Source: a virus
Taxonomy: Duplodnaviria; Caudoviricetes
Reading direction: 5' to 3' (one strand)
Virus record (IMG/VR): IMGVR_UViG_3300031606_000394
Span: 1 to 42,000 of that record
DNA length: 42,000 nt
The notes below the pieces were generated by a model, which worked only from the letters and a program-made list of their open reading frames with translations, did not search any database and was not told the DNA's origin. Shown piece by piece: positions 1-9,603 of this stretch. Made by a program: the position numbers and the translations under genes. The first letter of the stretch is position 1, and each line of letters starts with the position of its first letter.

Positions 1-315
1 CCGCCTGATCCTCCAGCGCCTTGAGCACCGCCTGATCCTCCAGCGCCTTGATTGCCTTGAGCTCCTGCGGCTGCCGTAGCTCCCTGATCGCCTTGATTAC
101 CCGTTCCTGTCGTGCCTTGAGCACCGCCTGATCCTCCAGCGCCTTGGTCACCTTGGTTGCCCGCTCCTGTCGTGCCTTGAGCACCGCCTGATCCTCCAGT
201 ACCTTGGTCACCTTGGTTGCCCGCTCCTGTTGTGCCTTGAGCACCGCCTGATCCTCCAGCACCTTGATTGCCTTGAGCTCCTGCGGTTGCCGTAGCTCCT
301 TGGTTGCCTTGAGCG
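1..315. repeat. Imperfect tandem repeats (about 60-bp period, 27-bp sub-units) in the collagen gene
   Basis: ccttgagcaccgcctgatcctccagc recurs at about 19, 115, 175 and 235, and again near 797. gagctcctgcggctgccgtagctccc recurs at about 59, 740, 836 and 1133. Confidence 0.85.
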
Positions 316-2159
316 CCTATCGCACCTCTATCTCCTGTCCTTGAAAACTGAAGGACTACGACGTCATCCTCGGAGAAAGGAAGCGCTGCAGAGCTTTCGT
401 CAACGAATGTAACAGACAGCTTGTCAAACGTTGGGTCACTGCTGCCCCCCTCTGACAGCGTGCTGGTTATACTGTAAATTAGAAATTTTGTTGCGTCAGA
501 CTTTTTCTTTAGGGTAATGTATCCATAATTTCCGGTAGCATTGGAAGCGTCATCGAGTGTTGCTCTCCAAGCTTGAACGTCGTTTCCATTACTGTCTTTA
601 TCGTCAATGTATAACTCCGTAACGGCAGAAGCGTCAGCATTATTGAACCAAATATCTCCATTGTCTTGGTTTTGATCGGACGTTGCCGTATCAAATGTAA
701 ATTCAACTCCAGCAGCGCCAGTTGCTCCTTGGTTGCCTTGAGCTCCTGCGGCTGCCGTAGCTCCCTGATCGCCTTGATTACCCGCTCCTGTTGCGCCTTG
801 AGCACCGCCTGATCCTCCAGCACCTTGATTGCCTTGAGCTCCTGCGGCTGCCGTAGCTCCCTGATCGCCTGTGCCCGTAGAGCCTTGAACGCCTTGTTTA
901 CCTTGGTCTCCTTGCGCTCCATCTACGGCTGCAGCTCCTTGGTTACCTTGGTTACCTTGGTTTCCTTGGTTACCTACTCCTATAGAGCCTTGAACGCCTT
1001 GATCTCCTTGATTTCCTTGCGCGCCCGTATTGCCCGTGCTGCCCGGATCGCCTGTACCCGTAGAGCCTTGAACGCCTTGATCACCTTGATTCCCCCAATT
1101 TCCTTGGTTGCCTTGTATGCCGTAATTGCCTTGAGCTCCTGCGGCTGCCGTAGCTCCCTGTACGCCTTGAACGCCTTGTTTACCTGTCGCCCCTTGGTCT
1201 CCTGTTCCTGTAGAGCCTTGAATGCCTTGACCTCCTTGAGCGCCTGCATCTCCTTGAACGCCAGTCAATCCTTGCGCGCCTCCTCCTCCTTGCGCTCCGT
1301 CAGAAGGACCTTGTATTCCTTGCACTCCCGTAGTTCCTTGGCCGCCTATATGCCCTTGTGAGCCAGTTGTGCCGTCTTTACCTTGCGAGCCTTGATTCCC
1401 TTGCACCCCATCTGCAGCTATAGATCCTTGGTTGCCTTGGTTTCCTTGGCCGCCTTGTTTTCCGTCTGCTGCCACAGACCCTTGGTTGCCTTGTGAGCCT
1501 TGATCTCCTGCTCCTGTTTGCCCCTGTGAGCCAGCCGTGCCGCCTTTACCTTGCCTTCCTTGAAATCCTTCTTCTCCCTGCGTGCCTTGGGTTCCTTGTA
1601 AGCCTTGATCCCCCTGTGCTCCGCCGGTATCTCCTTGGTTGCCTTGCGTCCCCGAGCCGGTTGTACCTTGAACTCCTTGCTCTCCTAAACCGCCAGTTGT
1701 CCCTTGATCTCCTGAGCCAGTTTGACCTTGAACACCTTGACTGCCTTGCACGCCTTGATGACCTTGTGCTCCGTCTGATGGACCTTGAACGCCTTGAACA
1801 CCCGTGTTGCCTTGAGAGCCTTTATGCCCCTGCCCTCCAGCAGAACCCTGTTCGCCTTGATCTCCTACGCCTTGGTTTCCTTGGTTGCCTTGAGACCCTA
1901 AAGCTCCTTGATCTCCTGAGCCAGTTTGACCTTGGACGCCTTGATCGCCTTGAACGCCTTGATTACCTTGGGGTCCTGAAGATCCTTGATCTCCCGAACC
2001 AGTTTGACCTTGAACGCCTTGGTCTCCTTGCGAACCGCCATCGCCTTGCCCGCCTCGATTTCCGACGTTGACACTAGCGGAGCCAACCACGCCCCCGACT
2101 GTACTGGTGACAGATGCGGCTGCTTGATTGCCTGTTGTAATTACTTCTACGCTGGCCAT
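1..2159 (-). CDS. Collagen-like (Gly-X-Y) fibre protein, partial (runs off the window at position 1)
   Basis: ATG at 2159 directly follows the TAA of 2160..2504. Translation begins MASVEVITTGNQAAASVTSTVGGVVGSASVNVGNRGGQGDGGSQGDQGVQG and continues as G-x-Q/G-A-T triplets, interrupted by a globular domain at about 320-715 (VEFTFDTATSDQNQDNGDIWFNNADASAVTELYIDD...VVVLQFSRTGDRG). It is absent from the ORF track because there is no stop in the window. Confidence 0.9.
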   Translation of the reverse strand, partial: MASVEVITTGNQAAASVTSTVGGVVGSASVNVGNRGGQGDGGSQGDQGVQGQTGSGDQGSSGPQGNQGVQGDQGVQGQTGSGDQGALGSQGNQGNQGVGDQGEQGSAGGQGHKGSQGNTGVQGVQGPSDGAQGHQGVQGSQGVQGQTGSGDQGTTGGLGEQGVQGTTGSGTQGNQGDTGGAQGDQGLQGTQGTQGEEGFQGRQGKGGTAGSQGQTGAGDQGSQGNQGSVAADGKQGGQGNQGNQGSIAADGVQGNQGSQGKDGTTGSQGHIGGQGTTGVQGIQGPSDGAQGGGGAQGLTGVQGDAGAQGGQGIQGSTGTGDQGATGKQGVQGVQGATAAAGAQGNYGIQGNQGNWGNQGDQGVQGSTGTGDPGSTGNTGAQGNQGDQGVQGSIGVGNQGNQGNQGNQGAAAVDGAQGDQGKQGVQGSTGTGDQGATAAAGAQGNQGAGGSGGAQGATGAGNQGDQGATAAAGAQGNQGATGAAGVEFTFDTATSDQNQDNGDIWFNNADASAVTELYIDDKDSNGNDVQAWRATLDDASNATGNYGYITLKKKSDATKFLIYSITSTLSEGGSSDPTFDKLSVTFVDESSAALPFSEDDVVVLQFSRTGDRGAIGAQGNQGATATAGAQGNQGAGGSGGAQGTTGAGNQGDQGTGGSGGAQGTTGAGNQGDQGAGGSGGAQGTTGTGNQGDQGATAAAGAQGNQGAGGSGGAQGAGGSG

Positions 2160-2504
2160 TTAATTTGTGCTACTTGCTTCTGGATATACGTTGAAATTAC
2201 CCTGAACCAACTTGTCCACATATGTGCCACTGTATAGTTCTATGTCGTAAACTCCTTGAACGACGGGAAGAGTTTTGGTATCTGCTCCTCTAATAAGAAC
2301 ATCGATATATCCGCTACTTAAAAAATTCGTCACGCCAGAAGGCTGTAGATCAAGAAGGATATTTGAATCAGAATAACGATGCTTTACTACGCCGCTTAAA
2401 CCATAGCTACTTAAGTCAATAGGGTCGCCGCTATTGTCCTTCGCTGTGAGACGAACGAAAAATTCAGATCCTTGGGTAATATTTAGGTCATAACTGGTTG
2501 CCAT
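2160..2504 (-). CDS. Small beta-sandwich virion protein, probable fibre adaptor/collar
   Basis: 114 aa with YDLNITQGSEF...PIDLSSY...GVYDIEL...KLVQGNFNV, a pattern typical of genes immediately upstream of phage fibre genes; abuts the collagen gene. Confidence 0.55.
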   Translation of the reverse strand: MATSYDLNITQGSEFFVRLTAKDNSGDPIDLSSYGLSGVVKHRYSDSNILLDLQPSGVTNFLSSGYIDVLIRGADTKTLPVVQGVYDIELYSGTYVDKLVQGNFNVYPEASSTN

Positions 2505-2539
2505 ACACCTAATATTACACTATTAATATTTGCTTCTTA

Positions 2540-2923
2540 TTATTTTCCCTCAGATAATATTTTTTTAATTTTATCTGGAAGTTTTTGATTCGTTCCATCG
2601 TTTGTGGAAAGAGGTCTCTGGTATTCTGAGACGTGGGCTTGAAATTCAGAAAGAAGCCTTTTTTTAAGATTAGCTAAGTTTTCTACCGGAACTAGACCGA
2701 CTTGGGTTGCGTGAGCGAATAAATCCGATCTAGTCATGTTGGCTAGCTGTTTCTCGTATTCTTTTTGTTCCATGGTACCGAACTTGCTCATGCCTGTATC
2801 TCCCCATATTTGGTCCAAAGTAGTGGGCTGGAACTTGTCTTGTTTACCGTGAGTTTGAGAAAGAGACTCTAATCTGGTCTTTTTTGAAGCTTTCTCCGAT
2901 TTTGCTGTATTTTTTTTTGGCAT
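2540..2923 (-). CDS. Hypothetical protein downstream of the capsid gene (likely start MPKKNTAK)
   Basis: AAGGA-like RBS before ATG 2923; ORF track frame 2540..2980. Confidence 0.7.
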   Translation of the reverse strand: MPKKNTAKSEKASKKTRLESLSQTHGKQDKFQPTTLDQIWGDTGMSKFGTMEQKEYEKQLANMTRSDLFAHATQVGLVPVENLANLKKRLLSEFQAHVSEYQRPLSTNDGTNQKLPDKIKKILSEGK

Positions 2924-2978
2924 AATTTTATCCTTTTCCCTTATTAGAAGGTACACTATATAACTATCTAAGTGAAGC

Positions 2979-3009
2979 AAAAAAACCCGGAGCCGTGAGG
3001 CTCCGGGTT
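2979..3009 (-). terminator. Intrinsic terminator after the major capsid gene
   Basis: Minus strand AACCCGGAGCC-TCAC-GGCTCCGGGTT followed by a T run, about 30 nt after the MCP stop. Confidence 0.9.
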
Positions 3010-3036
3010 GTAATTCTGAACTAGATTAGTTCTATA

Positions 3037-4173
3037 TTAGTCCTTGAATATTAATCCGCAGATGGCACGAGCATCGATACAAACACGACCCTCTTCAAGC
3101 ATTCCGTAGAATCCAGCCTTATCAACTCTTGTGATATTGTACTGGTCATCAGGAAGAGCAACGAACGTTCCACCGCCAGACTCACTTGAGCGAGCAACTG
3201 GACGGATGAATGCACCCTTGCTGTTATCCAAACCAACAGCTAGTTCGTCCGTGGCGGTCATCGCCTCGGAAACAGAACCAGTATAGGTCGCGGAAGACAA
3301 AGTGTTGAACAAGTCGTTATACTTCTTGCCCACACCCAGCTCAATCATCTCAATGATGTTTACGCCGTAGATCTCTTCCATGCCGGCGGAACGGAAGATA
3401 TTCTCACGTACTCCATCAGGAAGGTCAGTATTGGCTGTGCCGCCCTGAGAACCTCCAAGAGCGTTGTACGCGAACCCTCTAATGTTAGCTTTCTTTTCAG
3501 GGCTAACATAAAGGTCGGTCAAACCTTGGCTATAAGGCGCAGCGGGAGAACCTCCAGCAAACGACTCATTGAGTCTCTTAATGCGAACCATCAGGTCGTT
3601 AAGATGCTGCATCTCAAAATCAGCAGCTGAACCGCTACCGGCTGTACCCACGTTAAGAGCGTGGAACAAAGCGGACCCACCATCAGGCGTAGTCGTCGCT
3701 TCAGCGAGAGCCTTTAAGATAACTGCCCACGCATTACGCTCTTGCTTTACAAGAACTTCCTGCGCCATTCTCTCAATAACCTTGCTAACGATGTCCAAGC
3801 GAGCACGACGAGCGTAGCGCTTGTTAAACGTAACAGCGGAATCGAGTTTGTAGGTAGAGATCTTGAGCTCTTCCATTCCAGACACATGCGAGGCGGGCAA
3901 GCCACCGGCCATGTTCTGACTCCATACAGTGAGGTAATTGTCACTCTCATTGTAGTATAAATCAAGAGGATAGCTTGGGCTATCATCTTCGTCGAACGGT
4001 GCATCCGTGTAAATCATTGATGCAGTTCCAGCTTGTTGAATTACTTCTTGGATTACTGGTCCAAGAAAAGCTGCAAATGCTTCACTAGCCTCACGAGCCA
4101 CCGTCAAGTTTTTAGAACCAATCGCGCGGACCAATTCCACTTGTTCTGGTGTTTCTTTAAGTCTTAATTTCAT
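3037..4173 (-). CDS. Major capsid protein (HK97-like, inferred)
   Basis: 378 aa; order is protease/scaffold, decoration protein, this gene, terminator; strong AGGAGA RBS. Confidence 0.8.
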   Translation of the reverse strand: MKLRLKETPEQVELVRAIGSKNLTVAREASEAFAAFLGPVIQEVIQQAGTASMIYTDAPFDEDDSPSYPLDLYYNESDNYLTVWSQNMAGGLPASHVSGMEELKISTYKLDSAVTFNKRYARRARLDIVSKVIERMAQEVLVKQERNAWAVILKALAEATTTPDGGSALFHALNVGTAGSGSAADFEMQHLNDLMVRIKRLNESFAGGSPAAPYSQGLTDLYVSPEKKANIRGFAYNALGGSQGGTANTDLPDGVRENIFRSAGMEEIYGVNIIEMIELGVGKKYNDLFNTLSSATYTGSVSEAMTATDELAVGLDNSKGAFIRPVARSSESGGGTFVALPDDQYNITRVDKAGFYGMLEEGRVCIDARAICGLIFKD

Positions 4174-4195
4174 AAATTTGTCTCCTTTTTATATA

Positions 4196-4735
4196 TTAGA
4201 GGTTCAATTTGATTAGGATATGCCCATGAGTATCTTTTACTCCGAGAGACACGCCGACTTGAACGTTAGATCCAACGCCAGTTGTCATTTCCCCACCTGC
4301 TCCGCAATACAATGCTTGCCCAGCAGTAGGTGTTTCAGCCGACATGGTTGACCCGCTGTACAGGAAGATACCTCTGGTAACCAGCGGTACAGCCTGTCCA
4401 CTAAGTGCGACTTCCATTTCGTGAGCTTTACGTGGGTTGAACTTTAAAAGCTCACCGTTTTCATCAGTTTCCTTTACGTCGTAAAGAAGCATGCCAAGAG
4501 GTGAGTCGCCGGCTCCGGCGTCCTCGACTCTAGCTGCAACTCCGTAACGAGTAGAAACCGTGTTTCCGAATTCCTTTCCAAGGTTACCCAGCATCTGCAA
4601 TTCGTCAGTGGATGTCCATCCATTGCCGTTAATCTTGACGAGCGTTCCCCTGTTTACAGGAATTGTGCCTTCATAGGCATATAGGTTGATGACGTCTTTT
4701 TCGTCATAATCTCTGAATGGTTTTAATGTAGCCAT
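4196..4735 (-). CDS. Head decoration/capsid cement protein
   Basis: 179 aa, Gly-rich, with PLGMLLYDV and GQAVPLVTRG; lies between scaffold and MCP; GAGGAG RBS. Confidence 0.65.
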   Translation of the reverse strand: MATLKPFRDYDEKDVINLYAYEGTIPVNRGTLVKINGNGWTSTDELQMLGNLGKEFGNTVSTRYGVAARVEDAGAGDSPLGMLLYDVKETDENGELLKFNPRKAHEMEVALSGQAVPLVTRGIFLYSGSTMSAETPTAGQALYCGAGGEMTTGVGSNVQVGVSLGVKDTHGHILIKLNL

Positions 4736-4758
4736 ATTATAATTTTCTCCTCAGTTAG

Positions 4759-6291
4759 TTAAATTTTAATGTCAAATTGTTCTAACGCAAAAGCGTTCCG
4801 ATACTTGTCAGTCACGGTAGGCTCTACAGCCTCAGAGGAGGTAGGCATTTCTGCTGCTTCCTGCTCTGCATTTTCCATAACTTCTTCGATCACCTCTTCA
4901 GCCCCAGAGGAAGCCTCAGCCTTCTCTTCTTTGACTCCTTCGGTGTCTTTTTCTACTTTCGCAAGGACCTTCTTGTTCTTGCCGCTAAGCAAAACAATCA
5001 TTTTATCCCAGTAAGCAGAAAAGGCTTCGTCATCAACTTCTTTGATGTCTGTCGCAATCACCTTGCGATCTTCATCACCAAGCTCATATTCGTTATCGAA
5101 TTGAGACATGCGTTGATTAAATTTCTCTTCGGCAGCCTTGGCGGCGGCCAGTTCTTGGAGTTTATCCAATTTGACCGTGACCTTTTCAAGCTCTTCTTTC
5201 AGAGAGCCATGCTCTGTAGAAAGTGCTTCGTGTTTGTCTTGAGCCGTCTTGATCTTGTCTTCGTATTTCGTCTTTTCTGTTGAATACCCTTCGGAGGCTT
5301 TCTTGAGCTCATCCTCAATAAAATCAGAAACGACAGAAGCACTTAACTCCTTCAAAGACTCGTCCGTAATGTCTTTTAAGCTTTTAATTGTCATAATAGT
5401 ACTATCCTTACTTTTTGTTACATTTTTTATAGTTGATTGTGAAATTTTTTCTCTATTTTCTCGTATAGAATTTGAATGCACTTCTTTTTTAACACTTTCG
5501 TGCGAGGCAAGACCCTCTTTCTCCCCCTGTTTTTCGACCGCAACACCCTTTACGTCCGCTGCGGGATTCTCAGTTAAACCAATTCCTAGAGGTAAAACAT
5601 TCTCGGTTACTTGCCTGTAAATATGCTTGCCCTTGTCGGTTTTGCCCGAGCCCCCGTAGACCTTTAAAAGATCTCTCATCTCATCAATTTCTGACTCATC
5701 CGTAATAAACTCTGCATTTTCTATGTTCTTTTCTCCCTCATCTAGGAGAACTAATTGATAATCAGAAAATCCAAGCTCCCAGCTAGCAGACACTTTTAAA
5801 TAGTTCTCGCTAGTTGGATCGCTCGCGCTTTCAATCATGCTAGTTAAATTGCTATTCACAGTTTTCCAAATCACTCCGCCTAGAGTGATATTGAATGGTT
5901 CTTTGTTAAAATCATTCTCTGCAGCTTCTCCCTCTCCGTCTTTTGGAAAATCAAGAGGCTTGTCAGTTCCGAACTCGCTAAAGCCCACGGACAAAATTAC
6001 GCCGACAACCCTATCTCTATTGTGCTCGATGTTAATAGGCTTATTCATGAAATGCTCACACATTGCTAAAGCCGTGCCCGTGTCAACAACGTCCCCGTTC
6101 TTGTTTACACGATTCACCACGCAAGCATTAAACGCGACAGGCAAAAGGTCAATGTTAACAGAAGTGTCAATGTCAGGAATAAACTCTCCAACATCCATCA
6201 GACTGGCCATAGCCAAGTACTTGTCCTTATCTTCGGGTACTAGAGGCTTAATTTCTGAACTAAAAATCGTTGTATATCTAGGATTGCTCAT
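4759..6291 (-). CDS. Prohead protease with C-terminal acidic coiled-coil scaffold
   Basis: N-terminal NKNGD, KPINIEH and VSASWE motifs (His/Ser of prohead proteases); C-terminal 210 aa is E/K-rich and helical. Confidence 0.75.
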   Translation of the reverse strand: MSNPRYTTIFSSEIKPLVPEDKDKYLAMASLMDVGEFIPDIDTSVNIDLLPVAFNACVVNRVNKNGDVVDTGTALAMCEHFMNKPINIEHNRDRVVGVILSVGFSEFGTDKPLDFPKDGEGEAAENDFNKEPFNITLGGVIWKTVNSNLTSMIESASDPTSENYLKVSASWELGFSDYQLVLLDEGEKNIENAEFITDESEIDEMRDLLKVYGGSGKTDKGKHIYRQVTENVLPLGIGLTENPAADVKGVAVEKQGEKEGLASHESVKKEVHSNSIRENREKISQSTIKNVTKSKDSTIMTIKSLKDITDESLKELSASVVSDFIEDELKKASEGYSTEKTKYEDKIKTAQDKHEALSTEHGSLKEELEKVTVKLDKLQELAAAKAAEEKFNQRMSQFDNEYELGDEDRKVIATDIKEVDDEAFSAYWDKMIVLLSGKNKKVLAKVEKDTEGVKEEKAEASSGAEEVIEEVMENAEQEAAEMPTSSEAVEPTVTDKYRNAFALEQFDIKI

Positions 6292-6309
6292 AACTATAAA
6301 TTGTTTCTC

Positions 6310-6663
6310 TTAGACTTCGTATTCTTCATAATAACAAACAGTTACACAAAGATCGATGTCTGAAGTGTTTGATTTAACCTTTAACGCGTTACCTAAGCCT
6401 AGCTTAAGAGGAGTACTAAAGGAATGGCTCCAGATAGTGTCTCCGTTAGTGCTAAAGCCAACTCTTAGAAAAACGTCGCTGCCATCATATAGCAAAACAT
6501 TTCCCGAAGAAGCTTTTGAGGCGATTAAGTCTGTAATAACGATGCTGTGAGTAGAGCTAGTCGCTGGGATCATCGTGGTTAAGCTGCCGATGTCTTGCTC
6601 AAAAATTGTTTTTTTACTTACGTGAGTAGGTATCCCTGTGTCTTTAAAATGCTTTTTTGACAT
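6310..6663 (-). CDS. Hypothetical beta-rich protein, possibly virion
   Basis: 117 aa ORF with GGAGA RBS in the head operon. Confidence 0.6.
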   Translation of the reverse strand: MSKKHFKDTGIPTHVSKKTIFEQDIGSLTTMIPATSSTHSIVITDLIASKASSGNVLLYDGSDVFLRVGFSTNGDTIWSHSFSTPLKLGLGNALKVKSNTSDIDLCVTVCYYEEYEV

Positions 6664-6675
6664 ATTTTTCTCCTT

Positions 6676-7179
6676 TTACCAACTAATGGAAACGTTTTTA
6701 TAATTCTCTATGTAAAGCTCGTCTACGCTTTTGAAGTCGTAACTCAAGTCGTACTTTGTTATTTTTTCTTTAGCGCTGTCAAAGTCGCCTAGGGAAGGGA
6801 CGAAGCCTTCTGTCAAGTCTAGATTCTCTAGACTGAGTTTGTTGGCTCTCAATTCCGCCACCACTTTACCCTCGCTCTTCATTCTCAAAAACATATTGAC
6901 CCTAGCGTAAGCCCATTCACCTAGGGTTTTATTTTCTAGGCACTTTATATTTCGAGCTCCTCTTCCATAAATGTCTTTAAGCTCTGCTAGGCTAGCTGTA
7001 GAATCGGGATTTAACTTGTTGAACTCTCGAAGCTCCGCCTCTAAAGCGTCTATAAGCTTACTCGAAAACTGTATAGCAGAAGCTTCATCTCCAGACTCTT
7101 CCTTCGGCTTCTTTCGCTCACCGATAGAAAAGTCGGAGTGTAAACCCGAGACCTCATATTCAAGACTTTTACAACTCAT
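6676..7179 (-). CDS. Hypothetical protein with LKxxYxRG...WAYARVNxF motif (DUF5824-like, from memory)
   Basis: ELKDIYGRGA and EWAYARVNMFLRM; AGTGTA motif upstream. Confidence 0.55.
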   Translation of the reverse strand: MSCKSLEYEVSGLHSDFSIGERKKPKEESGDEASAIQFSSKLIDALEAELREFNKLNPDSTASLAELKDIYGRGARNIKCLENKTLGEWAYARVNMFLRMKSEGKVVAELRANKLSLENLDLTEGFVPSLGDFDSAKEKITKYDLSYDFKSVDELYIENYKNVSISW

Positions 7180-7254
7180 CAACCATACTTTTATACACTG
7201 AATAAATAAGAATATATAGTAAAAAATAAAAATAATGCAGCAAACATTGTTTTC

Positions 7255-8769
7255 TTAAATAAATCTTCTTCTAATACTGTTTAGAAGCTCAAGCTTATTT
7301 TCTACCCCCACGCACCAATTGGCATGATGTATTTTTAAGTTATGCGGAATATAAATGTTCTCTTTTTCTTCTTCAGTCTTGTTTTGCCACCATAATCCAG
7401 ATTGATTTTCCTCAGAAAAGTCCTTGATGCCTTCAATGTAAAGCCCATGCGTATAATATCTTTCAGGCAGGAAGCCACGTTTTATGGAAGACATTTTCTT
7501 GAGCTTAATTACTGAATTTACTGTAGATTGATCAGAGTGGATGAATTCTACTCCACCCGCTGTATCATTTTGTTTGATCTTACGGATAGACTCCTCAAAA
7601 AGACTTTTTATTTTTTCGTTAGCTCTCGCGACGAAGAATCCTGTACAATAAGCCGCAACTTCAAAATCATTTTCATCTATAACGTTATGGTCTTTCTGAA
7701 ACAATATGTCGTAACCGCTAATCAATTTTTCTAAATCTGATTTTACACCCCCGTAAAAGCTTACGTCTGCATCAGCATAAATAAATAGATCATTATCTCC
7801 GCACCTCTCTAGAGAGTCCAGTATCGACTCCAACTTCCTAGTCGTGGTCTTAACCCAGCCCTCGCTAAACAGGCGGGCAGATTTACATTCTTGGGGTAGC
7901 CTCTCGATTTCAAGGTCGATACCTTCGTCTAGAAAATACTTTCTGAAGTGACTGTCAAACAGCTTCTCGTGCGATTCTGAAAACGCTGTTTTCATTTTTA
8001 CTCCTTCGAAAGATTCTCGCAAGGGAACCCTGACTACCCTTCCTGCGTTTCCTATCTTTTTCCCCGCGTTTGCAACGAGCAATTTTTTGCGGATGTTCTC
8101 AAAAGACTTATCGCTATTTTCCTCCATCGCTAATTCGAACTCCTTCCCAGACAAGCAAGTCGTTGAGTCTTTAGAGTTTTCTATAGCGTGAAAATATCTT
8201 TTGTCAGTTATCTGAACTTTTTTCAATCCGAAAACTTCTGCCCTGTCCAAAAAATCGATATCTTCCCAAGTACCGCTTGAGGGCAGGTGCTCATCATACC
8301 CGCCGAGCTTCAAAAAGTTAACCTTGCTGATTCCTATTCTGCCACAAGTGCCAGACCCGACCTCAAAGTCGTGGGTGTTAAGTACGATGTCGGGGTCCTT
8401 CGTAAACTCTTCGTAAATAACTTCGTGAGAATTAGAAATAAAATTATCTATGTCCAAGTTAAATAATATGTCTCCTGAAGCTAATTTATGCGATTGATTT
8501 TTAGCAATACTGTTGTGGTAATCTTTTACGGTCAGATTGTGGTGGTATTTAAGCAGTCCGCTGTTTATATGTTCTTGGAGGTTATTCAGTATCCACTCGT
8601 CTAATATGGTAGATGAATTATAGTTTAATAAACTAATTTCAAATCTGTCGGAATCGTGCTCTATTTCTTTTAGGTTCTTCGGGAGGGTTCGTCTAAGCGA
8701 GTCAAAATAGTGTCTGGATAGCCTGACTTCTTTGTAGAACATTACTTGTTGGCAAAAAGAGACTTTCAA
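7255..8769 (-). CDS. Two-domain glycosyltransferase (GT2/GT7-like fused to a nucleotide-diphospho-sugar transferase)
   Basis: FNLDID and GGYDE...WEDIDF in the N half; IYADADV, DQ and HHANWCVGVENK in the C half; TTG start. Confidence 0.75.
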   Translation of the reverse strand: MKVSFCQQVMFYKEVRLSRHYFDSLRRTLPKNLKEIEHDSDRFEISLLNYNSSTILDEWILNNLQEHINSGLLKYHHNLTVKDYHNSIAKNQSHKLASGDILFNLDIDNFISNSHEVIYEEFTKDPDIVLNTHDFEVGSGTCGRIGISKVNFLKLGGYDEHLPSSGTWEDIDFLDRAEVFGLKKVQITDKRYFHAIENSKDSTTCLSGKEFELAMEENSDKSFENIRKKLLVANAGKKIGNAGRVVRVPLRESFEGVKMKTAFSESHEKLFDSHFRKYFLDEGIDLEIERLPQECKSARLFSEGWVKTTTRKLESILDSLERCGDNDLFIYADADVSFYGGVKSDLEKLISGYDILFQKDHNVIDENDFEVAAYCTGFFVARANEKIKSLFEESIRKIKQNDTAGGVEFIHSDQSTVNSVIKLKKMSSIKRGFLPERYYTHGLYIEGIKDFSEENQSGLWWQNKTEEEKENIYIPHNLKIHHANWCVGVENKLELLNSIRRRFI

Positions 8770-8784
8770 TGTAAATTAATATAA

Positions 8785-9603
8785 GTGAAAATCCTTTTCG
8801 TTACAAACTCTATTTTTTCTAAATCATTGAGATATTGCCGAGCTTGTATACAAAAATTTTTTCCAGATCACCCTCATTTAATATTTGAAGTAAACACCTT
8901 TCTACCCTCTGGTAGCGGGAAGGAGCATTTTTGGTATTACAATCTGCATTATCTATACAACATAGACCTGTATAAAAAATACGACTTTGTCATTCAAATA
9001 GACGAGGACGCCTTTGTCTTAGACAGAGATTCAATTATTAAAATCCTAAATAAGCTTCAGAACGATGATAAGGCAGTTCTAGCTGCCCCTTCTAATGGTT
9101 TAATTTCGGCTTATCCATTCGCGGCAAACTCCTATTTCTTTGCGATAGACGTTAATAAATTTTTAAGCATGTATGACGACTTCAAAGACTGGCCACGCCA
9201 TGACTCCTACGACGACAAAAAAGCCCGAGAGATATACGGTCGCTGGAATAATAAAACTCTACAAAAAAATCTGCTGAACGCTAAGGGGGGAGGATGTGAA
9301 CCTTATCACGACTTTTGCTGGAAAATCTTTGAATCAGGGTATGAGATAATATATCTAGACCAAGTAACGCTTTCTCCTCTGCCCATAGACAAAAACACAA
9401 TTACGGGAGACGGAAGCACTTATCTATACTCAAGAGAAACTAAAAAAAGATACCTTCAACACATGTGGTTTAACATGACTTATGGCGGGATGAAAATGCA
9501 AGCTATACACGGCGCAGTCGCGCGATCTGGTCGTCTTGACGATCAAGATAAACACGTACTAAGGTATGAAAAAGTATTTAAAAAATTAGATAAGCTATTA
9601 TGA
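8785..9603 (+). CDS. Putative GT-A fold glycosyltransferase
   Basis: YDFVIQIDEDAF DxD motif; glycosylation island context. Confidence 0.6.
   Translation: MKILFVTNSIFSKSLRYCRACIQKFFPDHPHLIFEVNTFLPSGSGKEHFWYYNLHYLYNIDLYKKYDFVIQIDEDAFVLDRDSIIKILNKLQNDDKAVLAAPSNGLISAYPFAANSYFFAIDVNKFLSMYDDFKDWPRHDSYDDKKAREIYGRWNNKTLQKNLLNAKGGGCEPYHDFCWKIFESGYEIIYLDQVTLSPLPIDKNTITGDGSTYLYSRETKKRYLQHMWFNMTYGGMKMQAIHGAVARSGRLDDQDKHVLRYEKVFKKLDKLL

Noticed and set aside
509-2237. ORF-track entries 509..922, 825..1361, 980..1249, 1493..2071, 1898..2086 and 1986..2237
   Set aside because: Off-frame or antisense shadows of the repetitive collagen gene that starts at 2159.
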